Under the pieces are notes generated by a model. The model had not been told where the DNA came from and made no database searches. It worked only from the letters and a program-made list of their open reading frames with translations. Below, in pieces: positions 1-8,916 of a DNA stretch of 32,000 nt. The position numbers and the translations under genes were made by a program. The stretch comes from Nanobdellota archaeon (GTDB lineage: Archaea > Nanobdellota > Nanobdellia > Nanobdellales > Nanobdellaceae). Positions within the stretch are counted from its first letter, which is position 1, and every line of letters begins with the position of its first letter. The stretch spans positions 210,001-242,000 of the forward strand of contig AP031373.1 of NCBI GenBank assembly GCA_042850255.1, written 5' to 3'.

Positions 1-1144
1 CTTCATATATTTCCTTCAAACTTTTTTCTTCAAATTGTACATTCTTTTCTCTATCTTTTACTAATAATACATTTATATATTGATCATCATATAAATCAAA
101 TTCTCTTTCAAATGGATTATTATAATAATCAAAGAATATTTGTAATTCTGCTTGAGTAAATTCTCTCATTCTAATTAATCCATTTCTTGGAGATATTTCA
201 TTCCTAAATGCTTTTCCTATTATATATAATCCTAATGGTAATCTATATCTATTTATTATAAATTCTATTGGAAAATTAATATAAACTCCTTGTGCAGTTT
301 CTGGTCTTAAATACATTTCATTATTTTTTAATCTATTATATTTATCTATTAATTCTATTATATCATCAAAATTAAATTCTAAATCTATATATTCTAATTT
401 ATCAAACATTTCTTCTATATAATTTATTTCTTCATTATTTATTTCTAAATTTTCAGGATAAATAAAATACTCTTTAGAATTATTATCATATTTTATTATT
501 ATACTTTTACCTTCATCAAATATATATGTTATATTTTCTTTATTTAATCCAAATAATTTTTTATCCTTTAAATATTTTTTATAAATATATGAAACTTCTT
601 CTTCAGTAATTTTTTTATATTTTTTACTTTCTAGATCATATAATATATTAAATTTTCTCTTTATATCTTCTAAATATAAAAATAAATCTGATTCTGGTCC
701 AACAAATATTGGAAACATTAAATTAAATAATTTAACATTTGATAATTTTTCTCCACATTCTGGACAAACAATTTTTCTTTCATCAAATATTCTATTCATA
801 TCATTTATTGTCAAACTTTCTGCCTTAATATTTAATTTCTCCTCAATTAATTTATCTGCTCTAAATCTATGCCCATTTCTACATTCAACAATAGGATCAT
901 TAAATAATTCCAAATGTTTTGATGCAACAAATACATTTTTATGCATTATTTCTGAAGGTTGTAATTCATAAATATTATCAAATAATTTTCCAAAATATAA
1001 TCTCCATAAATATTCAAATCTTTTTTTAAATAAAGTACCTAAAGATCCATAATCATAAAATCCAGATTTTCCTCCATATATTTCTCCAGATTCGTAAAAG
1101 AATCCTTTTTCTTTTGCATATTTAATTAAACTATTTATATCCAT
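1..1144 (-). CDS. glyS: glycine--tRNA ligase, archaeal/eukaryotic class II type (partial; C-terminus lies beyond window start)
   Basis: My own minus-strand translation from the ATG (complement of 1142-1144) gives MDINSLIKYAKEKGFFYESGEIYGGKSGFYDYGSLG. It continues with a Cys knuckle (ECRNGHRFRADKL...CPECGEKL), FNLMF, then YLRPETAQGVYINF and GKAFRNEISPRNGLIRMREFTQAE (class II motif 2 region). The frame stays open to position 1. It is absent from the ORF track because it has no stop in the window. Confidence 0.85.
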   Translation of the reverse strand, partial: MDINSLIKYAKEKGFFYESGEIYGGKSGFYDYGSLGTLFKKRFEYLWRLYFGKLFDNIYELQPSEIMHKNVFVASKHLELFNDPIVECRNGHRFRADKLIEEKLNIKAESLTINDMNRIFDERKIVCPECGEKLSNVKLFNLMFPIFVGPESDLFLYLEDIKRKFNILYDLESKKYKKITEEEVSYIYKKYLKDKKLFGLNKENITYIFDEGKSIIIKYDNNSKEYFIYPENLEINNEEINYIEEMFDKLEYIDLEFNFDDIIELIDKYNRLKNNEMYLRPETAQGVYINFPIEFIINRYRLPLGLYIIGKAFRNEISPRNGLIRMREFTQAELQIFFDYYNNPFEREFDLYDDQYINVLLVKDREKNVQFEEKSLKEIYE

Positions 1145-1179
1145 TTTAACTAATTTATAATTTTTCTTAAAAAATTTAC

Positions 1180-1205
1180 TGTATACAAATGTATACATTT
1201 ATAAA
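1180..1205 (+). promoter_or_regulatory. Candidate operator plus TATA box for the antitoxin/PIN operon
   Basis: The 8-bp palindrome TGTATACA occurs at 1180-1187 and 1190-1197, 10 bp apart. The second copy lies inside the perfect 14-bp palindrome AAATGTATACATTT (1187-1200). That palindrome overlaps TTTATAAA (1198-1205), centred about 27 nt upstream of ATG 1228. Confidence 0.45.
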
Positions 1206-1227
1206 TAACAAAAAGAATTATATTATT

Positions 1228-1470
1228 ATGAAAAAGTCTGTTGTAGTATCAATAAGGATACCTGAAAAATTAAAGAAAGAATTAGAAAAATATAAAATAA
1301 ATCCTAAAGAGGCTTTTTATTTAGGGGCTGAATTATTGATAAATAAAGAAAAATCAAAAGAAGAAGATATTAGTATCAAAAAATATTATGAAAAAATGAA
1401 AGATAAATTTAAGAAAATAACAACAGAAGATATAGTTAAATCGATAAGAGAAGATAGAGGAGAAATATAA
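1228..1470 (+). CDS. ribbon-helix-helix-like antitoxin, paralog 1 (VapB-like)
   Basis: MKKSVVVSIRIPEKLKKELEKY resembles an RHH N-terminal strand-helix. The C-terminus TTEDIVKSIREDRGEI is shared with the next ORF. I prefer ATG 1228 over the ORF-track start 1189 because of the TATA spacing and because the operator palindromes lie inside 1189-1227. Confidence 0.6.
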   Translation: MKKSVVVSIRIPEKLKKELEKYKINPKEAFYLGAELLINKEKSKEEDISIKKYYEKMKDKFKKITTEDIVKSIREDRGEI

Positions 1471-1491
1471 TTTAAAAACAGCATATTTGCT

Positions 1492-1785
1492 ATGGATATC
1501 GATAATATTGATATAGACAAGGATTTTGAAAAATTAAGAGAAAAATTATTAGCATATAATATAATAGTAATTAAAGTATTTCCTGATATAATAAAAAAGA
1601 TGAAAATATATAATATAGATCCTGAAGCTGCATTTATTACAGGATTTATGGAATTATTAGGAAAGAAGATTCCTAAAGATATTAAATTAAATATAGATAA
1701 AGATCCTGAATTATATAAGAAATTAAAAGAAATAAAAATAGAGGATGTTGTAAGAATGATAAGAGAAAGTAGGGGAGAAATATGA
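1492..1785 (+). CDS. antitoxin paralog 2 (VapB-like), translationally coupled to the PIN gene
   Basis: The core IIVIKVFPDIIKKMKIYNIDPEAAFITGFMELL aligns with VVVSIRIPEKLKKELEKYKINPKEAFYLGAELL of the previous ORF. The C-terminus KIEDVVRMIRESRGEI matches paralog 1. The stop overlaps the next ATG (ATGA at 1782-1785). Confidence 0.55.
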   Translation: MDIDNIDIDKDFEKLREKLLAYNIIVIKVFPDIIKKMKIYNIDPEAAFITGFMELLGKKIPKDIKLNIDKDPELYKKLKEIKIEDVVRMIRESRGEI

Positions 1786-2198
1786 AAAGAGCAGATATAT
1801 ATATTTTTGATGCATCTTCAATCTATGAATCATTTATAAGCAATAATTATGGAATACTATATGGAAATATAACTTTAAACTATGCAATATTTGAATTGGG
1901 AAATATAATATATAAACATACAAATTTATTAAAAATATATGACTATCAAGAAGCCATAGAAGGAATGAAAAATATTATTAAAATATTAAGAAAAATGAAA
2001 ATATATAGATTTCATACAATAAAAGATTATATAAGTATAATTAATTTTTCATTAAAATTCAATATTACTTTTTATGATGCAGCATATGTTTACTTGGCCT
2101 ATAGACTTAAAAAACCATTAATTACTGAAGATGTTAAATTAAGAGAAAAAGTAAAAGATCTTATCCAAACATTTTCTTTAAAAGATATATTAGAATAA
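1782..2198 (+). CDS. vapC: PIN-domain ribonuclease toxin (VapC-like)
   Basis: Acidic residues have PIN-like spacing: IFDASS (N-terminal D), FELGN, FYDAAYVYLA, ITEDVKL. The size is 138 aa. It lies immediately downstream of, and overlapping, small antitoxin-like genes. Confidence 0.75.
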   Translation: MKRADIYIFDASSIYESFISNNYGILYGNITLNYAIFELGNIIYKHTNLLKIYDYQEAIEGMKNIIKILRKMKIYRFHTIKDYISIINFSLKFNITFYDAAYVYLAYRLKKPLITEDVKLREKVKDLIQTFSLKDILE

Positions 2199-2206
2199 AA
2201 TAATTG

Positions 2207-3535
2207 ATGGAAATTGAAGTAATACCTGTAGGTGGATATTCATATATAGGAAAAAATATGACTGCAATAAGAATTGATGATGAAGTAATATTAATAGATA
2301 TGGGATTAAATATGGATAAAATATCGCAATTTGGAGAAAGAGAAAATTTTATAGAAAAATCTATGAAAGAATTATATGAATTAGATATTATACCTGATGA
2401 TAATATATTAGAAAAATATAGAGATAAAGTAAAAGCAATAATAATAACACATGGACATTTAGATCATTTAGGAGCATTAAATTTTATTGCACCAAAATAT
2501 AATGCACCAATATATGCATCCCCATATACAATTGAATTAATAAAAAAACAAGAAAAAGAGTATGGAATAGTATTACCAAATGATTTAAAGAAAGTATCCC
2601 CAAATTCTTCTATAAGAATTTCAGATAAAATAAATATAAATTTTATTAGCATGACTCATTCAATTCCTCAAGCATTAATGGTTGATATACAAACAAATAA
2701 AGGACATATTGTATTTTCAGGAGATTTTAAATTCGATAATTTTCCTTTAATTGGTAAAAAACCAAATTTTAATAAATTAAGGGAAATTGGAAAAGAAGGA
2801 GTATTATTATTAATATCTGAAACTACTAGAGCTGATGAAGAATCAAAATCTCAATCTGAAATAATTGAAAAATATATGTTATATGATGTATTAAATTCAA
2901 TAGATAGTAAGGGAATAATTATTACAACATTTGCATCCCATATTGCAAGATTAAAAAGTATAATAGATTTAGGAAAAGAAATTAATAGAAAAGTAGTATT
3001 CATTGGAAGAAGTATGGGAAAATATTTAAGAGCTGCAGAAAATATTGGATTATATAATTTTTCTGAAAATGCAGAAATATATGATGATGCAAGAGATTTT
3101 AAGAAAGTATTTGAAAGATTAAATAATAGTAAGGAAGAATATTTAATAGTTGCTACTGGACATCAAGGAGAACCAGGATCTGTTTTAGATAGATTATCAA
3201 AGAATGAATATAATTTTAATTTAGAAGATACAACAATTGTATTTGCAAATAATGTGATACCACACCCAATAAATGAAGCAAATAGAAAAATATTGGAAGA
3301 AAGATTAAGAAGAAAAAAGGCAAATATAATAAAAGATATACATGTATCTGGACATGCAAAAGCACAAGACCATTTAATGTTAATAAAAATGCTAAATCCT
3401 GAATATATAATACCAAATCATGGAGATATTAATAAAAAGGCTTCATATTATAATATTGTATCTGAAGAAGGATATACATTGGGAGAAGATATATTTTTCT
3501 TAGAGGATTACCAGAGTAAAACATTTAATATATAA
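2207..3535 (+). CDS. rnj: archaeal RNase J (metallo-beta-lactamase / beta-CASP ribonuclease)
   Basis: It has the HxHxDH motif (ITHGHLDHLGAL), SGDFKFD, a late HVSGHA and PNHGD, and is about 440 aa. The ORF track starts at TTG 2204; ATG 2207 is more likely. Confidence 0.8.
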   Translation: MEIEVIPVGGYSYIGKNMTAIRIDDEVILIDMGLNMDKISQFGERENFIEKSMKELYELDIIPDDNILEKYRDKVKAIIITHGHLDHLGALNFIAPKYNAPIYASPYTIELIKKQEKEYGIVLPNDLKKVSPNSSIRISDKININFISMTHSIPQALMVDIQTNKGHIVFSGDFKFDNFPLIGKKPNFNKLREIGKEGVLLLISETTRADEESKSQSEIIEKYMLYDVLNSIDSKGIIITTFASHIARLKSIIDLGKEINRKVVFIGRSMGKYLRAAENIGLYNFSENAEIYDDARDFKKVFERLNNSKEEYLIVATGHQGEPGSVLDRLSKNEYNFNLEDTTIVFANNVIPHPINEANRKILEERLRRKKANIIKDIHVSGHAKAQDHLMLIKMLNPEYIIPNHGDINKKASYYNIVSEEGYTLGEDIFFLEDYQSKTFNI

Positions 3536-3550
3536 AGATAATATTTTTTT

Positions 3551-4072
3551 ATGAAATCCATTCATATTTACATAGAATATATATTGTTAATTTTATTATC
3601 TGCAATTACCTTTTATCTTGTATTTACATGGTGGATAAATAATAAAATATATGCAATAAACTTTTATAATCAGAATCAATTTGAATATCAAGCAAAATAT
3701 ATTGGAGATATTTTATATAATTTACAAAATGATTATTTCTATAATATACAAATAAATTTAAATGTACAAAAAATATATTGTTCAGATAATTTAACAATAA
3801 TACAATCAAATAACTATTGTAAAACTACATTAAATAATATTACATATCAAGGACCTGTAATTTATGATTCAAATAATCTATATTATGTATATGATCCTAT
3901 ACTAAATGGTTATTATATATTACAGTATAAATATGGTTCTATTTTATATGGATGCTATCAAAATAAAATATCAGTAGTATTAATTACCAATAATTGCAAA
4001 GGAATATGTGCAGGGAATTGTGTATTGAATCTGGAAAAAAATGGTACAATTATTAGTAGTTATATAACATGA
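3551..4072 (+). CDS. N-terminally membrane-anchored, Cys-rich, N/Y-rich exported protein (possible pilus-associated subunit)
   Basis: It has a single N-terminal hydrophobic helix (YILLILLSAITFYLVF), then a Cys-, Asn- and Tyr-rich domain with N-x-S/T sequons. It overlaps the next prepilin-like gene (ATGA) and sits upstream of the pilus ATPase. Confidence 0.4.
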   Translation: MKSIHIYIEYILLILLSAITFYLVFTWWINNKIYAINFYNQNQFEYQAKYIGDILYNLQNDYFYNIQINLNVQKIYCSDNLTIIQSNNYCKTTLNNITYQGPVIYDSNNLYYVYDPILNGYYILQYKYGSILYGCYQNKISVVLITNNCKGICAGNCVLNLEKNGTIISSYIT

Positions 4073-4308
4073 GAGGACAATTATTATTAGAGCAAACATT
4101 ATTTATATTATTAGTTATTGTTTTTATTTCTCTTTCATTATTATTTTATTATAATTATTTATCAAATATATCAGCAAAAAACAGTATATTAAAATTTGAG
4201 GCAAATAATTTAATTAAGGAAAATGCTTTATTAAATAATCAATCAAATTTGATATATTACCAAGGTTATTACCAAAATGTGGGAACAATTATAATTAAAA
4301 ATTCATAA
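4069..4308 (+). CDS. type IV prepilin-like small protein (class III signal peptide)
   Basis: The N-terminus is MRG/QLLLEQTLFILLVIVFISLSLLF: a short basic leader, Gly at -1, Glu at +5, then about 20 hydrophobic residues. It lies directly upstream of the FlaI/PilB-type ATPase. Confidence 0.5.
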   Translation: MRGQLLLEQTLFILLVIVFISLSLLFYYNYLSNISAKNSILKFEANNLIKENALLNNQSNLIYYQGYYQNVGTIIIKNS

Positions 4309-4324
4309 ATATTCTAATATAATT

Positions 4325-5872
4325 ATGAAAAAGATTTCAGTAGAAGAAATATTAAAATATTTTGATGAAGAAGTAAAAAAGGAAAGTTATATACCTAATA
4401 TTAAATTTGAAGATAAATCAAAATTAGATGTTATATATCCATTAATTGGAAAATTTGCTTATGCACATGTTTATTATGATTTATTATCTGATGAAATTAT
4501 ATATGAAGTTTTAGAACCTGAAGTATCTGATGAAGAGAAATTAATAATAGATAAAGCAAAAGAATATATTTTGGATGAAATGTATAAAGATCCTGAAAGT
4601 TTTCTAAATGTAGATCCTAAATTTATTTTAATAAAGAAATTAGAAGAATTTGTAAAGAAATTTAAGATTAATTTAGATAAAGAAGAATTTTTGAAATACT
4701 ATTATTATCTTTGGAGAGATATGTTAGGTTTAGAAAAAATAGAACCATTATTTTATGATGTTTTTATAGAAGATATATCATGTGATGGATATGACATTCC
4801 TGTATATGTACATCATAATAAATTTGGAATATTAAGGACAAATATTATATTTTCAAAGGAAGAATTAGATAGGTTTATAGTAAAACTTGCACAAAAAGCT
4901 GGTAAAAATATTTCTTATGCAGAACCTTTATTAGATGCAACATTACCAGATGGTTCAAGAATAAATGCAACATATTCTCAAGAAATTACTACTAGAGGAC
5001 CTACTTTTACAATAAGAAAATTCAAAAAACAAATGCTATCATTAATAGATTTAATAAAATTAAATATGTTAAATTCTAAAATTGCAGCATATTTATGGAC
5101 TTTAGTTGAAGCTAGGGCAAATATATTAATTGCAGGTTCTACTTCTTCTGGGAAAACTACACTATTAAATGCAATAGTACAATTTATTCCACCTGATGCA
5201 AAAGTTATTTCAATAGAAGATACTAGAGAATTACAATTATATCATGATAATTGGATACCAGCAACAACAAGAAGAGGATTTTTTATAGGGGAAAAATATT
5301 ATGGAGAAATAAATATGTATGATCTACTAGCGGAATCTTTTAGACAAAATCCTGATTATGTAATTGTTGGAGAGGTTAGAGGACAAGAAGCTTATGTAAT
5401 GTTTCAAGGTATGGCATCTGGTCATGCTGCTTTATCTACAATACATACAGATACATGGAGATCATTAGTTAGAAGATTAACTACTCCACCAATAAACTTA
5501 CCAATAGAACAAGTTGCATTATTGGACGCTGTAGTATTTACAATTAGGGCAAGGAATATATCTCCATCTGCAAGAAGAATAAGAGAAATAGTTGAAGTTG
5601 GAAAATATAAAGATAATAAAATTGAAGCAGAACCTGTTGTTAGATGGAATTTTACTAAAGATAAATTTGAATTTAAAGATTTAGGTAAATATGTAGAAGA
5701 AGAATTAAAATATAGAATGGGATTTGAAAAAGATTTTAAAAAATCTATAGAGGAAAAAGAAAAAATAATAAAATATTTAGCAAAGAAAAATATAAGGGAT
5801 CATAAAAAAATATCGGATTATATAAAGTTATATTATACGGATAAAGATTCTTTATTAGAAAAAATAGAATGA
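4325..5872 (+). CDS. type IV pilus / archaellum-family secretion ATPase (FlaI/PilB/TadA-like)
   Basis: It has Walker A GSTSSGKTT, an Asp box VISIEDTREL, Walker B-like DYVIVGEVRGQEA and a His box GHAALSTIHT. It is 515 aa. Confidence 0.85.
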   Translation: MKKISVEEILKYFDEEVKKESYIPNIKFEDKSKLDVIYPLIGKFAYAHVYYDLLSDEIIYEVLEPEVSDEEKLIIDKAKEYILDEMYKDPESFLNVDPKFILIKKLEEFVKKFKINLDKEEFLKYYYYLWRDMLGLEKIEPLFYDVFIEDISCDGYDIPVYVHHNKFGILRTNIIFSKEELDRFIVKLAQKAGKNISYAEPLLDATLPDGSRINATYSQEITTRGPTFTIRKFKKQMLSLIDLIKLNMLNSKIAAYLWTLVEARANILIAGSTSSGKTTLLNAIVQFIPPDAKVISIEDTRELQLYHDNWIPATTRRGFFIGEKYYGEINMYDLLAESFRQNPDYVIVGEVRGQEAYVMFQGMASGHAALSTIHTDTWRSLVRRLTTPPINLPIEQVALLDAVVFTIRARNISPSARRIREIVEVGKYKDNKIEAEPVVRWNFTKDKFEFKDLGKYVEEELKYRMGFEKDFKKSIEEKEKIIKYLAKKNIRDHKKISDYIKLYYTDKDSLLEKIE

Positions 5873-6702
5873 ACTTTTTAGTTAAAAAATTATATCCATA
5901 TTTTAAGAATAAAAAATACGATATATATTATACTGAATTCAAAGTTTCTATTGAAGAATATATAAAAATAACTTTAGAATATTCTTTTATTGCCTTTATA
6001 TTATCATTTTTATCTTTATCATTTATTTTTATATTTATTTTAAGATTTTATAATATAGTATTATTCCTTGTTAGTTTATTCTTTGGAATAATTGTTGGAT
6101 CTTCAGTATTCTTTTATTTTTATTTTTATCCTTCTATGGCAAAGGCAGATTATGTTAAAGATATAGAAGATAATTTACCGTTTTTTGCATTATACTTTTA
6201 TTCTTATTCAGGTTCTGGAATGAATTTAATAGATATATTTAGATTATTAAATAAAGAAAAAAGATTTGGTAATATTAATAAAGAAATATCATATTTCTTA
6301 TCTTTAATAGATGTATTTGGTTATGATTTATTATCTGCATTGCTAAATTTAGCAAATAAAACGCCCTCTCAAAAATTTAAAGAATTTATATTTGGATTGA
6401 TATCTGTTATAAGATCTGGAGGATCCTTAAGAGATTATGCAAAAATATATGCAAAAGAACAAATAGAGGATTATGAAATACAATTAAAATCTTATAACGA
6501 AAAGGCTAACTTATGGATAACATTTTATGCATTCTTTTTTGTTACATTCCCAATAGTATTATTAATTTTAGCATTTTTATTTTCAATAGCTTCTGGTAAT
6601 ATTTCAATATTAAATTCATTAACATTTTTATTTGTAGTAATTATTCCTTTTTCATATATTGCATATTTATATATGATACATATATATCAACCAAAAATTT
6701 AA
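5869..6702 (+). CDS. type IV pilus platform membrane protein, single T2SSF-like domain (FlaJ/TadC-like)
   Basis: It overlaps the ATPase gene (ATGA). It is polytopic, with a cytoplasmic helical segment (DIEDNLPFFALYFYSYSGSGMNLIDIFRLL ... SGGSLRDYAKIYAKEQ) flanked by TM helices. At 277 aa it is about half the size of a two-domain FlaJ. Confidence 0.7.
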   Translation: MNFLVKKLYPYFKNKKYDIYYTEFKVSIEEYIKITLEYSFIAFILSFLSLSFIFIFILRFYNIVLFLVSLFFGIIVGSSVFFYFYFYPSMAKADYVKDIEDNLPFFALYFYSYSGSGMNLIDIFRLLNKEKRFGNINKEISYFLSLIDVFGYDLLSALLNLANKTPSQKFKEFIFGLISVIRSGGSLRDYAKIYAKEQIEDYEIQLKSYNEKANLWITFYAFFFVTFPIVLLILAFLFSIASGNISILNSLTFLFVVIIPFSYIAYLYMIHIYQPKI

Positions 6703-8903
6703 TGAACACCTTCTGGTATGCCTTTTCTTTTTCTTATAGAATCTATTATTTGTTGCTGTAAATCTTTTGGTACTCTTTCAAATACCTGATCTTCTAAGAA
6801 CCAAACACCCTTTCCTGATGTAGCAGATCTTAATTCATCTGTAAATCCAAACATATTTGCTACAGGAACTTTTGCCTTAATTACTCCTCTTTCTTCTTCT
6901 ACATTCATTTCTAATATCTGTCCTCTTCTAGATTGTAATATTGATGTTACATCTCCAACATTTTCTGGTGGAACATCTATTCTAATAATTTGTAATGGTT
7001 CATACAATGTAGGTTGTTCTAATATTGCTTCTTTTATCGCATCCTTTGCAGCAGGAATAATTTGAGCAGGACCTCTGTGAATTGCATCTTCATGCAATAC
7101 CGCATCTATCAATTTTACTTTCATCATAATTCCAGGTTCCCATGCTAATGGACCTTGATCCATTACTTCTTTAAATCCTTCTACTATATATTCAATTACT
7201 TCTGGTAAATGAACAATACCTCTTGTCATATCAATTAATACATTTCCATTATGTACCATTATAATTCTTCTAGCTTCTTCTTTATCAAATCCTATTTCTG
7301 CAAATACTTTCCATAAATCTTCTTTTTTAATTCTTCCTTCTGGTATTTTTCCTTCCCTAATATATTCTCTTAATTTTTCATATATCTCATTTGGTAATGG
7401 CTCTATTTGGAAGTATAATTTATTGTGTTTATTTGGAGATTTACCTTCATGTACCTGTGTTGTATTACTTACAGATTCTCTATAAACTACAATTGGTTCA
7501 CCAACTTTAATTGGTATTCCAAAATCATTTTGTACTCTATATTCTATAATTTGTAAATGTAAATCACCTAAACCCGATACTAATATTTCTCCAGTATCTT
7601 TTCTTTGCTCTACTTTAATAGTTGGATCTTCCCTTTTTATTAATTCTAATGTTTCAATTAATTTTGGTAAATCATTTGGATTTTTTGGTTCAAATGATTT
7701 AGTAACTACAGGTTCTAACCAATGTTTTAATTCTTCAAACATTTCAACAGATTTTGGGTCTTGTACTTTTCCAACAATTGTTTCTCCAGGATATAAACCT
7801 CTAATACCTACTAATGCAATAATATTTCCAGCTTTTACAGAATCTACATTTAATCTTTGTATTCCTTTCCATATAGCAACCTGTTGTATTTTAATTTGTC
7901 TACCAGCTTGTAACATATATACATCATCTCCCTTATTTAATGTTCCTGAAAATATCCTTGCAGTTGCAATTTCTTGTTTAGATACTTTATCAATTATAAC
8001 ATTTGTTACATTAATAACTACTGGACCATTTGGATCTAAATTTATCATTGCTTTTCCTACATCTGAATTTATATCTCCTTTCCATATATGAGGAATTCTA
8101 TATTTTTGAGCTTCAACTGGGGAAGGCAAATGTCTAATTACCATATCTAATACAACTTTTGCTACAGGTGCTTTCTTTCTCATTTCTTCCTTTAATTTTT
8201 CCTTATCTTCTCCATATTTTGTATATATATCTATTACATCTTTGAAAGAAACATTATTCTTTTTCATATATGGAACTGATAATGCCCAATGGAATTTTGC
8301 AGAACCAAATGCTACAGATCCATCATTTACATTTACTAACCATTTTCCTTTAAATTCTGGTGGACAATATTTGTCAATTAATCTATTAACTTCAATAACA
8401 ATTTTTCCTATTCTTTCCATAATTTGTTGTGGTGTTAACTTTAATTCTGTTATTGCTCTATCAGATTTATTAATAAATAATACAGGTTTTACATATTCTT
8501 TTAAAGCAGTTCTTAATACAGATTCTGTCTGTGGCATTACACCATCTACAAAATCTACTACAACAACTGCACCATCAATTGCTCTAGCAGCTCTAGTAAC
8601 TTGTCCAGAAAATTCTACGTGTCCAGGAGTATCTATTAAATTAATTAAATAATCTTGATTTTCATATTCATGCACCATAGAAACTGCAGCACCATATACA
8701 GTCATTTCTCTTTCTCTTTCAGTTTCATGCCACCATGTAAACATAGCCTCTCCTGCTAATTCTTCTGCAAGCATTCCTGCACCTGCTAATAATGAGTCTG
8801 TTAATGTAGTCTTTCCATGGTGTATATGTGCTATTATTCCTATATTCCTTATATTATTTGGATTATTCATAACCTGTAATACCCTTTCAGTTAAAGTCGC
8901 CAT
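6699..8903 (-). CDS. fusA: translation elongation factor 2 (aEF-2)
   Basis: GTPase motifs are AHIHHGKTTL, DTPGHVEF and NKSDR. The diphthamide-site motif is DAIHRGPAQIIP. It is 734 aa. Confidence 0.97.
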   Translation of the reverse strand: MATLTERVLQVMNNPNNIRNIGIIAHIHHGKTTLTDSLLAGAGMLAEELAGEAMFTWWHETEREREMTVYGAAVSMVHEYENQDYLINLIDTPGHVEFSGQVTRAARAIDGAVVVVDFVDGVMPQTESVLRTALKEYVKPVLFINKSDRAITELKLTPQQIMERIGKIVIEVNRLIDKYCPPEFKGKWLVNVNDGSVAFGSAKFHWALSVPYMKKNNVSFKDVIDIYTKYGEDKEKLKEEMRKKAPVAKVVLDMVIRHLPSPVEAQKYRIPHIWKGDINSDVGKAMINLDPNGPVVINVTNVIIDKVSKQEIATARIFSGTLNKGDDVYMLQAGRQIKIQQVAIWKGIQRLNVDSVKAGNIIALVGIRGLYPGETIVGKVQDPKSVEMFEELKHWLEPVVTKSFEPKNPNDLPKLIETLELIKREDPTIKVEQRKDTGEILVSGLGDLHLQIIEYRVQNDFGIPIKVGEPIVVYRESVSNTTQVHEGKSPNKHNKLYFQIEPLPNEIYEKLREYIREGKIPEGRIKKEDLWKVFAEIGFDKEEARRIIMVHNGNVLIDMTRGIVHLPEVIEYIVEGFKEVMDQGPLAWEPGIMMKVKLIDAVLHEDAIHRGPAQIIPAAKDAIKEAILEQPTLYEPLQIIRIDVPPENVGDVTSILQSRRGQILEMNVEEERGVIKAKVPVANMFGFTDELRSATSGKGVWFLEDQVFERVPKDLQQQIIDSIRKRKGIPEGVH

Positions 8904-8916
8904 TTACTATTCTTAT

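Noticed and set aside
1189-1227. ORF-track start at 1189 for the first antitoxin
   Set aside because: The extension (MYTFINNKKNYII) would be translated across the TGTATACA palindromes and the TATA-like box. ATG 1228 gives a typical RHH N-terminus and fits leaderless spacing.
8242-8652. 136-aa + strand ORF inside EF-2
   Set aside because: It is antisense to the unambiguous EF-2 gene and has no motifs.
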